NCBI GenBank assembly: GCA_010356995.1 | Contig: ML996696.1 | Span: 870,364 to 934,363 of the forward strand | DNA: 64,000 nucleotides | Direction: 5' to 3' | From: Trichodelitschia bisporula | Taxonomy: Eukaryota | Shown: piece by piece, positions 25,082 through 38,773 of the stretch | Numbering within the stretch: the stretch's first letter is position 1 | How the letters are laid out: every line of letters begins with the position of its first letter | Notes under the pieces: generated by a model | Databases searched by the model: none | Seen by the model: the letters and a program-made list of their open reading frames with translations, nothing else | Told to the model about the DNA's origin: nothing | Position numbers and translations under genes: made by a program

Positions 25082-26192
25082 ATGGCCGAATCATCGACAC
25101 AGAAGTCTGCTGACGGGACTGATTACAATAATGAAGGAGTCCCTGGTCTGGACTGCGAGCACGTCAGGTTCTTGCGTCTTGGTGCTATTATCCAGGAGTT
25201 CAGAGTGGGTGGCGTGAATATTGTGCAGAACTTCCCGGATGAGGGGCTGTATCGCGAGTTCAATGATCCCTACTTTGGGGAGACGATTGGCCGGGTGGCG
25301 AACCGCATTTCTGGGGCGAGGATTAAGAGCCTCAATGGGCGTGAATACCCGCTTGCGGCTAACAACGGGCCGAATAATCTCCATGGTGGGAACGTGGGAT
25401 GGGGCAAGCGCGTGTGGGATGTGAAGGAGGTTGAGAGGAACAGGAAGAAGGCGCTCATGTTCACGTATCTAAGCCCGGATGGCGAGGAGGGCTTTCCTGG
25501 AGCCGTAGAGGTGAGGGTTTGGTACACGCCATCCCCTGACAACGATGACTCGAAAACGGAGCTGGATATCGAGTATGAGGCTGAACTGGTGGGCAACGAC
25601 GAAGTCGAGGAAACAGTCGTCGCGATGACGAACCACAGGTCCGCCCTTCACCCCCCTTACCTTCATCCAATGCTGCTAATACGCCCACAGTTACTTCAAC
25701 CTCGCCAACACATCCTCCATCACCGGCACACAAGCCACCCTCTCCTCAGCTTTACACCAAGTCGTCGACTCCACCTCCATCCCCACCGGGCCCCTCGAAC
25801 CCTATCCCGGCATCAAAGCCAACGTACCCTTCATCCTCGGCCCTTCCGAGCCAGACATCGACCACTGCTTCATCCTCACCTCCAACCCGGCCCGAATCCC
25901 CATAGACACGCGCTCCCTCCCCCTCCGCACCCTCGCCTCCTTCTCCCACCCAACCAGCGGTATCAACCTCGAAATCCAGAGCACAGAACCCGCCTTCCAA
26001 TTATACACAGGCAAGTACATTTCCGTGCCCGCAGTTGGGGGTCTTCCCGCCCGGGGAGCTAGATCGGGGTTCTGCGTCGAGCCGAGCCGGTATGTAAATG
26101 CGATCAATGTGGACGAGTGGAGGGGGATGGTTATCCTGAGGAGGGGCCAGAAATATGGGAGTCGGACGGTATATCGAGGCTGGAAAGCCTGA
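25082..26192 (+). CDS. Aldose 1-epimerase (galactose mutarotase); intron 25639-25690
   Basis: FGETIGRVANRI, NNGPNNLHGG, DGEEGFPG, MTNHS|YFNL, DIDHCF, TEPAFQLYTG, GFCVEP motifs. Confidence 0.93.
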
Positions 26193-28564
26193 TCCGTGCC
26201 CTAGGGCCCCCCATAGGTAGCTTCTCGAAATGGGATAGAAGCTCTCTCTGTCTTCACGTGCCGTGTTCCCCCCCGCATGCATCGGCGTTATGCTCCCCCG
26301 CGCTCACCGTACCGCATTCCGCGCGTCTCGCGCCTGCATCTGCACGCCAGTCCCGTGTGCGGGACCGCAGCGAACAACCCAGCTCAGCCAGCCCCCGATC
26401 TCCTGACCGAGTCCGTGAGGCCTTTTCCCCCCAGTCAAGAATTCACGGCGATATGCGCCCGGCGATAAGGCTACAGGGATGTATCTCGGGCCGTGCGCGC
26501 GGACTTTGGGTCGGCTGGAGTCTTCGTCCGGGACAGGGCTGCGGGGGGTCTGTGCGGTCTGTAGGGCTGAGGCTTTCGGACAAGATTCGGGCTGGGTGCG
26601 CGGTTTTTGGTGCGCTGAGGAAGGCGCTAGTGGAGGATGGTTATGGTGGGGTTGGGATTGGGGTGGGGATGCGATTTGGATGGGGGTGGTTTGGGATACG
26701 GGATTCAGAGTGTTGCACGCGTGGATCATCCTGCCAGCGAGCGTCTACCACAGCACACAGATTGTGGCGGCGTGGAAGCTGACCGGTTGCACGAGTCTCC
26801 CGTATTTCCAGGTCACTTTTGGGGAGGTACTGGTACCCGCTACTTTGGGATTGATGCCCTGTCTGCGCCCTGCATGATGCACGAGGACGGTTTGGGCGGC
26901 GAGGCTGGTGACGTAGCCAGAAAATGAGGAACCTCAGCCTGGCAAAAGAAATTGCCGTTTTCCGGTCAGCCTTATGGCTTTCAGCCCTACGGATGATGAG
27001 GGTGTGCCTTGTGTGTCAAATGATATCGCGATGATGTCGCGTCGTGGACACGGCGGCTTCGCGATGGGAGTACGCGGGCGCTTTACGGCTGGTTCTGACT
27101 TGTGGGCGGGCGAAGACGAGGCTGATGGGATGATGGGATGCAGCGGACACTGCCGGAGTCTGTTCCGCGCGCCTCACGATCCCCAAACTCCCGAACGGGG
27201 TCCCGCTGCCCCACTACTCCCCGGCGCATTCCCCACCTATGGGCTATGCCCGAAGCCGACCCGCTGGCTTCCATGCCGGTTCCATGAACGGGCCGGCTGC
27301 TAGAACGTGGTACGGAGGTTGGTTCGTCATGTTGAGGCGCGCGCTGCCGACGGGCAGATCCGACGCTGGATGCGGTTCGAGAAGATGCTGATGTGAAATC
27401 GCGCATATATATGGGGGGTCTATGTCTGTGGGGCTGTTTGATGGAGGATTAGGGGTCTTGTTGTGGGACGAATCGGGTGGGTTGGGGGGATGTGGTGATA
27501 CCGCTCTGGGTTGGGGTTTGTGGTGTGGGTTATGGTTGGGGCGGATGCACTGGGTTAGGTTTTTGGAGATTGTTCGCACTTCTGTGGTTCGGAAGGTCTC
27601 CGGCTGGTCCTATCTCTTGATATGTGCGCTTTCGAATGCACGAACTTAACTTGGTGATCTGATTTTGGATTGCTACGATGCGACAGCCGCCGTTTGGTGT
27701 AGGGCGGTGACCTAAGGGATGATGGAGAGATGGCGTACTGCAAGCAACTTGGAAGATATCCGATATCGCACCACAGTGGATGGAAGCTGATTGACAAGAC
27801 TGCTTCCACTTTGGGTTGCCCACATGAAATCGCAAGAACTTGGAGATGCTAACCACTGTGATCTTTGATACTCTCCTGGCATGAGTTACCTGCTAGGGAT
27901 TTTCACAAAGACTACTGCATCGCCTCGACATTAGAGTCCAACGCCTCTTTGATACTCAAACTCCCTCCCTGTCATTCGGTCAGTCGTGAGTTTTCACAAT
28001 GCCTCTCTCAATCCGACGAATAATCTCGGGTGCCTCAGAACTATCACCGATCGTCAGTTTCATGGGTGTTTTCGACTCCTGATATTCAGGAGCCCAGCAC
28101 CAAGGAGGGCGAAGTTGATTGGAAGCTACGGTAAACATCGTGAAACGAGCGTGTGGAGCAATCCAGATACCGAGGGACATGCAGGTGAAGATGTGCAAAG
28201 TGGCTGGGTAAAGTCCAGAAATGTGGCTTGCGTGGTGGACCTGCAGCCCGTGACCACGGACGTCATTCCCTTGGCAGGGCTTTCCAGCTCCGTTCGCTGT
28301 GGTTGTTACGACTCACTCCACCACCAACTCTCCATCAAACAATCACCAAGCTCTTACTACGAACTCAGACCCATTCTCCAGCTCAGAAAGCTATCTACAG
28401 TGCTACCCCATCCCGTGAACTTTTCGACAGCAACTTGACAAACACCTCGCGCTAACCCCAACTTCACGACCCCGCCTTATCACGCAAACAAAGCCATCAG
28501 CTCTCTGTACACCTCATCAGCTCCCGAGACCATCATCCTCGCGACCATACGCCATCCCTCAAAG

Positions 28565-29453
28565 ATGGCCCCCACCCCTACCCTGATCAACCTCCCCCCT
28601 CCCCCTTCGGACCCCACCACCCCCTCTGAGATCCCGTGAGTGCTACCCCTCTCAAACTCCCAACCTCGTACCAATATACTAACCTCTGACTTCCAGTGGT
28701 ACCCCCAACTCCACCGTAACCTCAATGTCCGAGCTCTCCACCGTCGCCATAAAAGATGGCCACCGCGGCCACCTCCCCCACAACCATCTCCCCCTCGACG
28801 CCGAGCGCGCCGACCGCATCTCCCGCCTCGCAGGCCTAGAGCGCGTCGCCGGCCCCCGCACCGCCCCGCAAGCCCAAAACCCCGTCCAAAACCCCGGTTA
28901 CTTCGACGCAAGCGGCACACCACAACTCGTGCGTGAGCGCTCAACCGTCGGCTCCGCATCCGCCACCGGCTCCGTCGGCGGCCGCACGACCTGGGCGTCC
29001 GGCAGCGACGTCTACGACCCCGACAAGATGAGCGAGGTAGATCAAGACGTGGACGCGTCGAGCGTGGGCGGCTTCAGCGACGAGGGCACCGCGCCGCCTA
29101 GCCTTGTTGGTTTCGGCGAGGGGGCTCGGACCCCGGCTCGCGGTCAGAGCAGCCTGGGTTCGCCGGTTGCGGGTAAGGCGAGTGCTGTGCCGTCTCATTT
29201 GCGGGAGCAGCCGCCTGCGAGCCCGCTTTCGAGCGTTAGTGGTGCGGAGGCGCAGAAGCAGGATGCGAAGATGATTGATGGCGTTACGTATGACCCTGAT
29301 GTGTTGGATACTACGACGCGTACACCGCCGCTGGTGGAGGCTGATCCGAACTCGGAGCGTGGTGCCGAGACTACGGAGCGCATTATGCGTCAGCGTGGAG
29401 AGCGCGAGGCTGAGGCGAAGACTGCGCAGTTTGCAGTTGATGGAGAGCACTAG
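28565..29453 (+). CDS. Hypothetical low-complexity fungal protein; intron 28636-28696
   Basis: MAPTPTLINLPPPPSDP..|GTPNS.. joins the long ORF through a canonical GTGAGT..CTAAC..CAG intron. Confidence 0.75.
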
Positions 29454-29829
29454 ATACGGATTTGACGTCGCTTTCGGCCTCTTGTAGGCACGTTTCTGGG
29501 GGTTGATGGAGTGATGAGACGGGGCTTGCTCGCTTGAGCTTTTCCGACATGGCGTCTGCTGCTTTTACTGTGTTCATCATGGGTTATGAGAGACGATCAC
29601 TAAGTCTACTATGTAACCATTAGCCGTGCGCAGCGAGAATGGAATGGCGAAGAGCTTCTTTCGGTAACTGGATGTTGTATACGTGGTAGGACGGGTGAAG
29701 TCGGATCGGCTCCAGTCCGGATCGGCTGGCCGCGGCGTTGTAAGTGAGTCGCAGCACCCGAGGAAACAGCCAGGCAAAAAGAACTGCAGGCACGAAGCAA
29801 CCCGATAAGGTTCAAAAGGCAAAAAGATG

Positions 29830-29915
29830 TGGCTGTGCCTGGAATCGAACCAGGGTTTACACGGAACCGGCGAAGGAACCACAACGTGTTGTACTAACCA
29901 CTATACGACACAACC
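29830..29915 (-). tRNA. tRNA-His(GUG) with 14-nt intron (29865-29878)
   Basis: Acceptor stem GGTTGTG/CACAGCC plus A73, D-arm GTATAGTGGTTAGTAC, anticodon stem ACACG/CGTGT with TTGTGG, T-arm CCTGGTTCGATTCCAGG, T5 terminator at 29821-29825. Confidence 0.95.
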
Positions 29916-30293
29916 TGGAGGACTACCACATTGACCATTGAGGCCATTTGATGGAAGCTTTGCCTGCATTTAACAATATATTTAAGAAAACTAATTACTG
30001 ACCAGATGATGTTCCAGGAGGCTTGCCAGACCTTCGAATTGCTAGATTACAAGTCGAAGTAAGGAGTAACGCAGTGTCTTTGCTCCCAAATTGCCTCCAG
30101 TTTGCATTGAGGGCTTGAGGTAGATAGGAGTCGCTAATACCTCCAGCGCTCAGTGGCATGCCCAATATCTACCCGGCACTCACAGCCTAACAGCAGAAAC
30201 ACAGCTCATGAAACTCGCCCACACAGGCTCATGCATTACTACGCACAACGCTAACCTCAAATGCACCATCAAAAAGCCGCCCAAAACCCCCAT

Positions 30294-33200
30294 CTAAATT
30301 CTCGCCAGCACCTCCTGCACAACCCCCCTCAACCGTCCCAACCCATACCAAACCGCAACCCTCCCCCACCCCTCCAGCCTCCCCACCACAGCCCCCCTAT
30401 CCCCCCAAACCCACGTCCCAGCACACATACAATGCTCCATAAACTCATTCGCCCGGATGCGCCCACACTTCCCGCACTTCACGTCCTGCGCCTGCCACGC
30501 CTCTACCTCGCCCCGCACACGCCGCACGAGCCTTTCTTCGACTTCGGAGCGTGTGAACGCGCTGCCGCATCCGCGGCATTTCCATCGCGGACCCATGCCG
30601 GCCCGCATTTTTAGTAGAGTGGCTTGGGCGGTGGGGCTGGTGGGTAAAGGGTCGGTGAGCGGAGGGGGGAGCACGTCAGGGTCCCGGCATAGGTCCAGGT
30701 CGCGCACGGCGCAGCACTGCGCGCACACGAGCCCCTCGACCCGCGTGGAGCAACTGGGATTCGCAAATGCAGCTGCAGGACTGAATTCGCGCACGTCGAC
30801 TAGGGCGAGCATTTGCGCGCGCACGCGGCGGGCGGAGAGATGGGCGCTGCGGTCGAGGGAGAGGACTTGGGCGAGGGATTTGGCGAGTTGGAGGGTGGGG
30901 TTTTCGAGGGGTAGGTGGCTGCCTGGGTGGTGGGGGAAGGACCAGTCTGATGCTAGGTCCGGGTGGATAGATTCGGTGACTTGACGGCGTTGGATGGTGG
31001 TTAGGGCTTTGAGGAGGGGTTTGGTGAAGGTTTTGGGGAGGGTGGGGGTAGATTGTTCGTCGTCGGAGGCGTTGCCGTTGCCGTTGGGGTGGTTGGGGAG
31101 TTGGGTTGCCCTCGCCGAGGAGCCTGGGAGGCTGTTGTTGGAGTGCTTCCGCTCGTGCATTAGCTCGATGAAGGCGATGACCCAGTCTTTAAAGGTGGAT
31201 TGCAGGGCCGTGGGGAGAAAGGTCGCGATCTGCCAGTCGATTATCGTGTCAAGGGGCTGTTCATCCGCCTCGACAACCGTGCTCGTCCCCTTCCCACCGT
31301 AGTTGTACGCATCATACCAAACCAGATAGTCCCAATACTCCGTAATCTGCAAATCCAGAAACGTGAATATCGGCTTCGCCTTGACCGTCTTCAAGATGTA
31401 CTGGCTGTACGCATACGCATTCCCCACCTCCATCTTGCTCGTCTGCAGCAGGATGCGGTGCGCGCTCGCGTACACGATCTGCGACCCTACGCGGCGGAAG
31501 TCGCTCATCAGCTGCTGCAGCGCCTTGCGCGACATCATCTGCACGTAATAGTGCAGCGACCGGTCGTACAGGTACGAGCCTGGGCTCTCCACCCACCGCA
31601 CCAGATGCTGCACCATCACGTCCGCCAGCTCGTCGCCCGTGCACGCATCCGCCCACCAGTTCTTGACCATGTCGCGCAGGACCGCCACTCCGGCCGTGGC
31701 AAATGCCTGATCGGAGTAAATAACGTGCCCGGACCCGGCCTCCTCCTTCGGTGCCGCTGGGTTGAGAGCAACCGAGTCACTCCCCTCTGCCTCATTGATC
31801 AACGCCGACGCGAGAAGCGTGTTGATCGCCAGATTACCCACGCTAAGGTCGATGCAGACGGACGCATATGTGCCCGGATTATTGATAGACGGCATTTCCA
31901 CCGTCTCCAGCGGGCCGAGGATATCGTCCTTCTCATGTCCCGCATGGTCTGGCCGCGGCCCGGGCGCCCACCATAGCACGACGCGCTCGCGCTGCAGGCG
32001 CCGCGCATAGGCTACGTCGATGGTGAAACGCGGGTCGTGCGTTTCCAGGTTGCCGACGGGGACATCGGCGAAACGGGCCATATTGGTGAGATGCGAGATC
32101 CAGCCGCCTAGGTTGAGATAGTGGTGCACGACGAGGCGCGCGGCGGCGGGTTGCCAGCCGAGCGGGGGCAGCGTAGGGTCCGACGGGTCGGGCTGGAGGG
32201 TCATGGTGGGGAAGTCCTTGAGGACGGGGATATCGTGGGCAAGCTGCGCTTGGTGCGGGGATTGGACGACGAGCATCAGGGCTTTGTCCTTGTCTTCGTG
32301 GCGGAGACGGCGGATGGCGGCGGCGACTTCGGAGAGGGCTTTGGCGCGCGAGCGGACGTGGGTTGTTCTGAAGTGGAGCTCTTCTTGGTATTCGAAGCAT
32401 TGCTGCCATGGCTGGTCGCAGTTGTCTTGACAGCGTTGGGTGTAGGCGCCGCGGTAGACTTTGTCCATGTTTGGCATGCCTTGGATGTCGCGCGCTTTGC
32501 TGTAGATGATGAGGTAGGCGCTGTCACGGAGGGTGGAGAAGATGGCGTAGATGTGCTTGTCGCCTGAGATGACGTGGAACAGGTAGAGATACTCCAGCGG
32601 TGCGTCTTCGAGATATGGCTTCGGCGCCTTGACGCGCTTTAGTGCCGACAGGTCGAAGCCTTGGTCCAGGCCCTTGCCCAAAACCCCCTTTTGCGTCTCG
32701 TCGAAGGTGCAAAGGCTCCCAAGCTCGAGGACGGCGCGCATATTGAGTGGGATCTGGCGTTCGTACACACCTTCGACGCTGGGATGGCCGAACAGCACAC
32801 GGAGCTTCTTCGCCTCGTCAACGTACAACTGCTCCGGCATCGTGAGCTTGAACAAATGCACCGACGGATGGCCATTCGGCAGCGTATAGTTAGTAACCTT
32901 CTCCACCTCACACCCATCCACGAAGACATCCGGCAGGTTGTCCAGCTTCAGATTCAGATACAGCTGCCGCGGCACAATAACCTTGAGCGTGTGGATCTTC
33001 TTGTCAATGAGCACGAACAGGCGCATCTCGCCCGGCCGCTCCGTCTCGTGGCACTGCAGCACCTGCCACGTGTTGATGTACATCATCTCAGCCTGGTTGC
33101 GGAAGTAACTGCCAATGGCATCCGAAGTATCGACGCGCTTCTCGCCGAATAGCTGTCGGCGCCGGATGCGCGCCTGCTTTTGCAACCGCCACTTCTGCTT

Positions 33201-36200
33201 CTGGTACTTGAGCCACTCGGAGTAGTCCTCGCTGACATTCGGCATGACCGCCGGCAACGACGCGAACGGATCCGACTGCGCAGCCAGGGGCGCGTCCTCG
33301 CCCTTACGCTTCCTCGACATAACAGTCACCATCCCCTTCCGCGGCCGCGGCAGCTGCGACCCGCCAAAGTCCTCGAGGTCGACGACCTGGCTGACAGTGT
33401 TGGGGTGTATAGCCGCCAGCTTCTCCGTCGGCTTAAACATATCCGTCATCTTCTTCTGCTTCAAGCGGTCGTCCTTGATGCGGAGGCGGCGGTCGAGCCA
33501 CTCGGGATGCGCGACGCGCGGCACCGGATTGCGCACTTTCTGTAAAGCGGCCGGGATGGTGATTAGCTTCTGGATCACGGAGCCGAGACGCTCAAGGTAG
33601 TACGCCCAATCGATGACATCGCGCGGGTCCATGTCGCCTGGATCCTCCTTGAGCCATCTGCGCAGGAAGTGGCGCTTGACGTGCTCCTCGGCTGAGAAGA
33701 TGGCGACGGGGATGGCGCGTTCGGTGACGGGGGCGCCACGGGGCCGCGATGAGATGATGTACTTGCAGTTCAGGCCCTTGTCCTTGACCATCTGCTCGCC
33801 TAAGAACTCGGCGAGACGGCGTGCGGTGGTGATGGCGGTAGTCTTCTGAGCGCCGTACTCCTCTAGTGTTTTGGCCATGTTCTTGTTCTCGCAAATGAGA
33901 TCGATGAGCTCCTCGTCGGCGAGCGTTGTGCCGTGGGAGTGGAGGACGTCGAGCCACTGGTTGGCGACGGTCGCCACGGCATCGTAGCAGTCCTGAAGCG
34001 TCTGGCCCTCGAGGAAAAACTTGAAGATCTGCGTTTGGAAGATCTTGATGAGCTTCAGCTCGCCGCGGCGCTTGACCTCGAAGCCCTTCAGTTCAGCGAG
34101 GCTACCGTCGTGATTGAAGACAGCGTAACGCTTCTTCAAGTTTTTGTCCTCTTCTTTTGACGTTGGCAGGATCATGGCCTTGTACGGCCCGTCGACTTCG
34201 AAGAAAATAGAGTTGTCGCTGTGCGTCTCATACCTGAACCGCGCCGGATCGACCAGCGTCTGATATTGGTGATTCGTGAACTTTGCGTGAACCAGATGGT
34301 TCAGCATGCAGCACGGATACGACAGGAAGATCTTCTTGCCGCCCTTGAGCCTGAAGGTGAAGTTCTCCGGGAACGAGGCCGGTAGGATACACCAAATACC
34401 GTCAGTGTCGAGCTCGAGCGGGCGCCCGATGCGCTCAATCAGCTGGCGAGCCATCTGGATGATATGCGCCCCCGTCAGACACGTCACGCCGGCCATCTCC
34501 ATGGAGTACCAGCGCGAGCCCTTCCGCATGACATAGCCGTAAAAGCTGTTCAGAATGACCTTGTGCGCCAACTGCAGCGAGTCAAACACGACCACCATCT
34601 TCTTCGCCTCCTCGACTTCCGCACTCGAAGCACCAGCCTGCTTGAGCGTATCAACCTTCCCCTTCCACACCTTCTGCTTGCCTTTGAAATCGTACCGGCG
34701 GTCACGGAAATTCTTAACCGTATCGACATAAAACGGGTTCTCGCGCTGGCAAATAATGGCCTCGCGCTCAATGGTGCGCGTGTCATGAATCTTGTGGTAA
34801 ATCTTCTTGCTGTACTCCTGCAACCGCTTCTTGACCAACGTCGCCTGCTCGTCCTGCGACAGGTCCTGGAACGCACGCATCCCGTCGCTCGGCTTCTTGC
34901 CCGGGAACCGCTCGCTCTCTAGCGCGTGCCGAATCATATTGTACTCGTCGCGCTTCGCGGGCAAGAACTCTCCTCTCCACGCCCAGGGCAGCCGGCGATC
35001 GCACGTCTTACCCGGGCGATTGAAGTCGCAAGCCGCGCAATCGGACTCCTGAATCATAGAGTCAGGCTGCAGACGGTTGGTGGTCATGATGTTCGGGTAC
35101 ATAGACGCGACGTCCAAGTGGTAGATCAGGGGCTTGTCGCTGCGGGTAGGCTCCTGCTGAAGGGCGAGGAGCTGCTCGACGATTTGCGATTTGACTTCCA
35201 GGTAGTTCTCGACGTCGTCCATGCTCTTCTTTTCTTCGACTTCGATGCTAAATTTGAGGGCTGCGTCGAGGTCGGCTAGGAGCTCGTCTATTGCTTTCGG
35301 GTCCAGCTTGAAGTCGCAGGGGATGTCAGCGCGGAACACACCGGCCTCGATACTCTCGACGTGCCCGCCGACATACGTCTCCGACTCGAGCAAGTGGCCT
35401 TCCCAGAAAGACTCCTTCGCCGCTTGATGCTTGTTCGGGAGCAAGATTCCCTTCTGGTACGCCTGCACCATGAGCAACATCTCGCACAGCGTGCCGGTAC
35501 CTTTCCGCAGAACGTCGTCCGGGCCGAGAGGGATGATAGTGCAGAGCGAGAAGATAAACGGATGGACGTATTTCATGTACAAGTAGTACGTCGCCACCGC
35601 ATCGGAAACCGAGTACTCAGCCAGCGTCTGCGGGCGCTCGCTGGCATACGGTGTCATCAACTCTGGATCCAGCTCGTCGGGATCATAGCCGAGCTTCGCT
35701 ACCGTGACGGCCTTCAGGCCACGACTGCCCTGCGGAAGGTAACTGTCGCGATTGACCCAGGCGAAGGCGTCCATGTGCGCGCAGTAGTCGGACTGGTAAA
35801 TGTCTTCGGTGTTTCGCCGGAAGCCGATCTCTTGGTACATGTCGATCCCGAGGATGCTGGCGCGCGTCTCCACGAACGGCCAGTCGAAAAAGTCACCGTT
35901 GTATGTGACCATGACCGTAGGCCGGGCCTCTTTGATGTGCTCGAAGAAGCGCTCCAGGAGAGCCCTTTCATCTGGCTCGTTGAAGACCATGAAGGGGCCA
36001 TCATACTCCGGTTTCGGGGTGTACTCGAAGTCGGAAATGTCCTCGGAGACGATCTCGCGGTTCGTGATGAGGAATCCCTGGACGTCGATCATGTACGATA
36101 TCATCATGATTTGATCGAACGTGGCGTCTGGGAACTTCAGTGGGAGCTTCGTCGTCTCGATATCGAAGGCGAAGACCACTGGGTCGGCGCGTTGGAGGCG

Positions 36201-37113
36201 GTCTTCTAAACATTTCAAGGACACAACGCCGTGCTTTGCTGAGACCGTGTACCACTTCCCCACCCGGATATCTTGAACTGTCAGCCTCGTCTCAAGGGGG
36301 CGGAGGGGAGGCATACCTTTATCAATTGCAACCCGAACATGATATGGAACGTCATACTCCCGAATATCAACAATAAAATCGCTCGCATCAAGAACCCCAT
36401 TATGTCGTTTATCGTCCTGTTCTTCCTCGTCAAAAATATCGAACCCCGCATGCGCACTACCTCGTCAGCCTCGCATCTTGTCTCAGGGGTGAGGGGGGTT
36501 CATACCTCGCAACCTCAGCATACGTGTCCATAGCATTAACCTTCTTCTTATTCTTCTCCGCAACCGGCATAACCATCTTCCTCACCGCCAGTAGATCATT
36601 AACATTCCCAAACACCAGCTTGAGCAACGTCCGCCGATACCCCACCAGATGATTCGGCATACTCAAATCCTCCTTCTCCACCCTCTCCACCTTCTTCACC
36701 AACCCCTCACTACTCCGCCTAACCCACTCCTCCACCTCCGCCTCCCTGCCCCTCTTAACCGCCACCAGAAAATACGGCTCATACTCCACCGCCGCCTTGA
36801 ATCCCGTCCCTTCGTCGTCGAGGAAGTAAAACTCCACCGCTGCCTTCCCGCCCGGGTGGTCTTCGTCTTCGATAGAGGTGGAATGCATGTTCACGAGCCA
36901 CCCGACGCGCGGCTTGCCGGCCTCGAAGCGTGCGAACCCCATCGCTTCGTCGATTTTGTGCGCCGCGCGCGTGGCCTCGAGTTTCTCGTTCGCAGACGTA
37001 CGTTCCGAGGCGAGTAACGACGTAGGGTTGACAGCGGTGCGCCGTCCGCCATAACTTGTGTTTCCATTCTTGCCCATGCGCCGGACGGGCTCGCCAGGTC
37101 GTCGAGGTGCCAT
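30294..37113 (-). CDS. POL2: DNA polymerase epsilon catalytic subunit A; introns 36457-36505 and 36272-36316
   Basis: Exonuclease FDIET, polymerase DVASMYPN, KVILNSFYGY, ELDTDG, C-terminal CysA/CysB clusters. Confidence 0.98.
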
Positions 37114-37340
37114 GTCGAGTGTGGGGTGTGTAGGGAAGTGGGGAGGACCGTCCGAAACGGATCGCGGTGAGAGTTGTGGAAGGGAATTAAGGTCGTTATG
37201 CTAGGTCATGACAAGTGCCCGCTCGAGTGAAAGAAGAAAAGAGCGAGAATGCAGGCGGGATCACGGTGTCGAGGGTGTAGTGGTACTTGAATCTCAAGTG
37301 TGTTGTCGCAAGTACTCGCTGCCCATCAAACCTCGAAACC

Positions 37341-37373
37341 CCAACGCGTCGCGTCGCCGCGTACCGCGCGAAC
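37341..37373. promoter_or_regulatory. MCB-like (ACGCGT/CGCG) cluster in the divergent POL2-COX20 promoter
   Basis: ACGCGT at 37344-37349 plus several adjacent CGCG cores about 230 bp upstream of the POL2 ATG. Confidence 0.55.
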
Positions 37374-37538
37374 CCTGTGCGCTTCCGCCCGCCAAGCCAA
37401 TTAACCACCCTTCCGCCCTCCCCTCCTCTCCACCCCCCCCCTCCCCCCCCCGCCCCGCTCCGCCGCATATCAGAAAGAAATATCCACCGACCTCAAGCTC
37501 CCCCCGTCCCCCTCTCTTAGCAGCCATTGCCGCCAACC

Positions 37539-38428
37539 ATGTCCTCCGGCGCCCCCGTCGACGACCCTCCGATCCCCCCTCCAAACTACACCACCGAGTC
37601 AACCGAAGAATGGTCCAAAAAGCGCGGCCCCCCCCTCCGGGGCATAATGGTCGACCCCGCGTACCCGCCCTCCGCCGCCGAAGCCGAGAAGGCCTTCACC
37701 GCAGCACGGGCAGCGAAGGCAGCTTCAGCTGCTGAAGCCTCCTCTTCCACCTCTACCGCCTCTCCCTCTTCCACTACTACATCTACCTCGTCGGTGGACC
37801 ACCTCCGCCGCACCTCCGGCGCAAGCCACATCTTCACCGCCGCGCCCACAACCTCCGAAATCGTAAACACGCTCCCGGGGGGCACAGCACACACCGCCGG
37901 CGGGGAGAAGGTCGGCGATTACGGACTGGTCGACGGCCTCAAGACCGTAAAACCAGCCGACTATCTCGAATTCCACAAAATACCCTGCGTGCGCGAAGCC
38001 CTCCTGCAAGGCATGGGACTCGGCTTCATAGTCGGCGGGGGAAACTTCATCACAGGCCGTAAGACCCCCTCTCCCGCTCTCCATCCCCTCTCTTTTCCCG
38101 TGCGGGCGCGGTCGCTAACCCCCCCTCCTTCGCAGGCCCCCTCTGGCGCGCAACAAACTACTCCGTCATTACCTTCCTCTTCACCGCCTTCGCCTCCTTC
38201 GAATACTGCAAATCGCAACGCAAGCGCGAACGCGACGGTATGAAACTCGCCGTCGAAATCATAGAACAGAAGAAAGAAGACAAGCGCAAGGCATTGGAAG
38301 CCATGCGCGAGCGACGGAGGAAAGAGATCGAGGCGCAGAAGGCTGAGGCTGCGCGGTTAGAGGAGGAGCGCCGGCGAAACTGGTGGCGGTTTTGGGAGAG
38401 GGGTGGGGGTGGGGAGAAGAAGGAGTGA
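37539..38428 (+). CDS. COX20: Cytochrome c oxidase assembly protein Cox20; intron 38059-38135
   Basis: KIPCVREALLQGMGLG helix, second hydrophobic helix ending FEYCK..RKRERDGMKLAVE. Confidence 0.85.
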
Positions 38429-38773
38429 GATGGGGAGAGGGAGGGGAATATGTTTTCCAAAAGGGCGTGGGATTGCATTGCCTGGCGTTTTTTTGCGCTG
38501 TGGTGCCGTTTTGGACGATGAGGGGAAGACGCTGCAGTACCGCATTATTGCTGTGTACAGGACGCAAGGTATAAACTCCACTATCCAGCTCAAAGTATCC
38601 CACAGTGAAAAGGCGCCATGCAAGCTGAGAAGTGCATCTCCAAACGCCGATATCATCCATCATACCTCATGAACAAATCCCATACAAAATCATAAACACC
38701 GTTGTCCAGCCGCCCATAACATATGGCCCGCCGAACGCCCGTCCCATTCACATCTCCCATTATCATAAACCCC

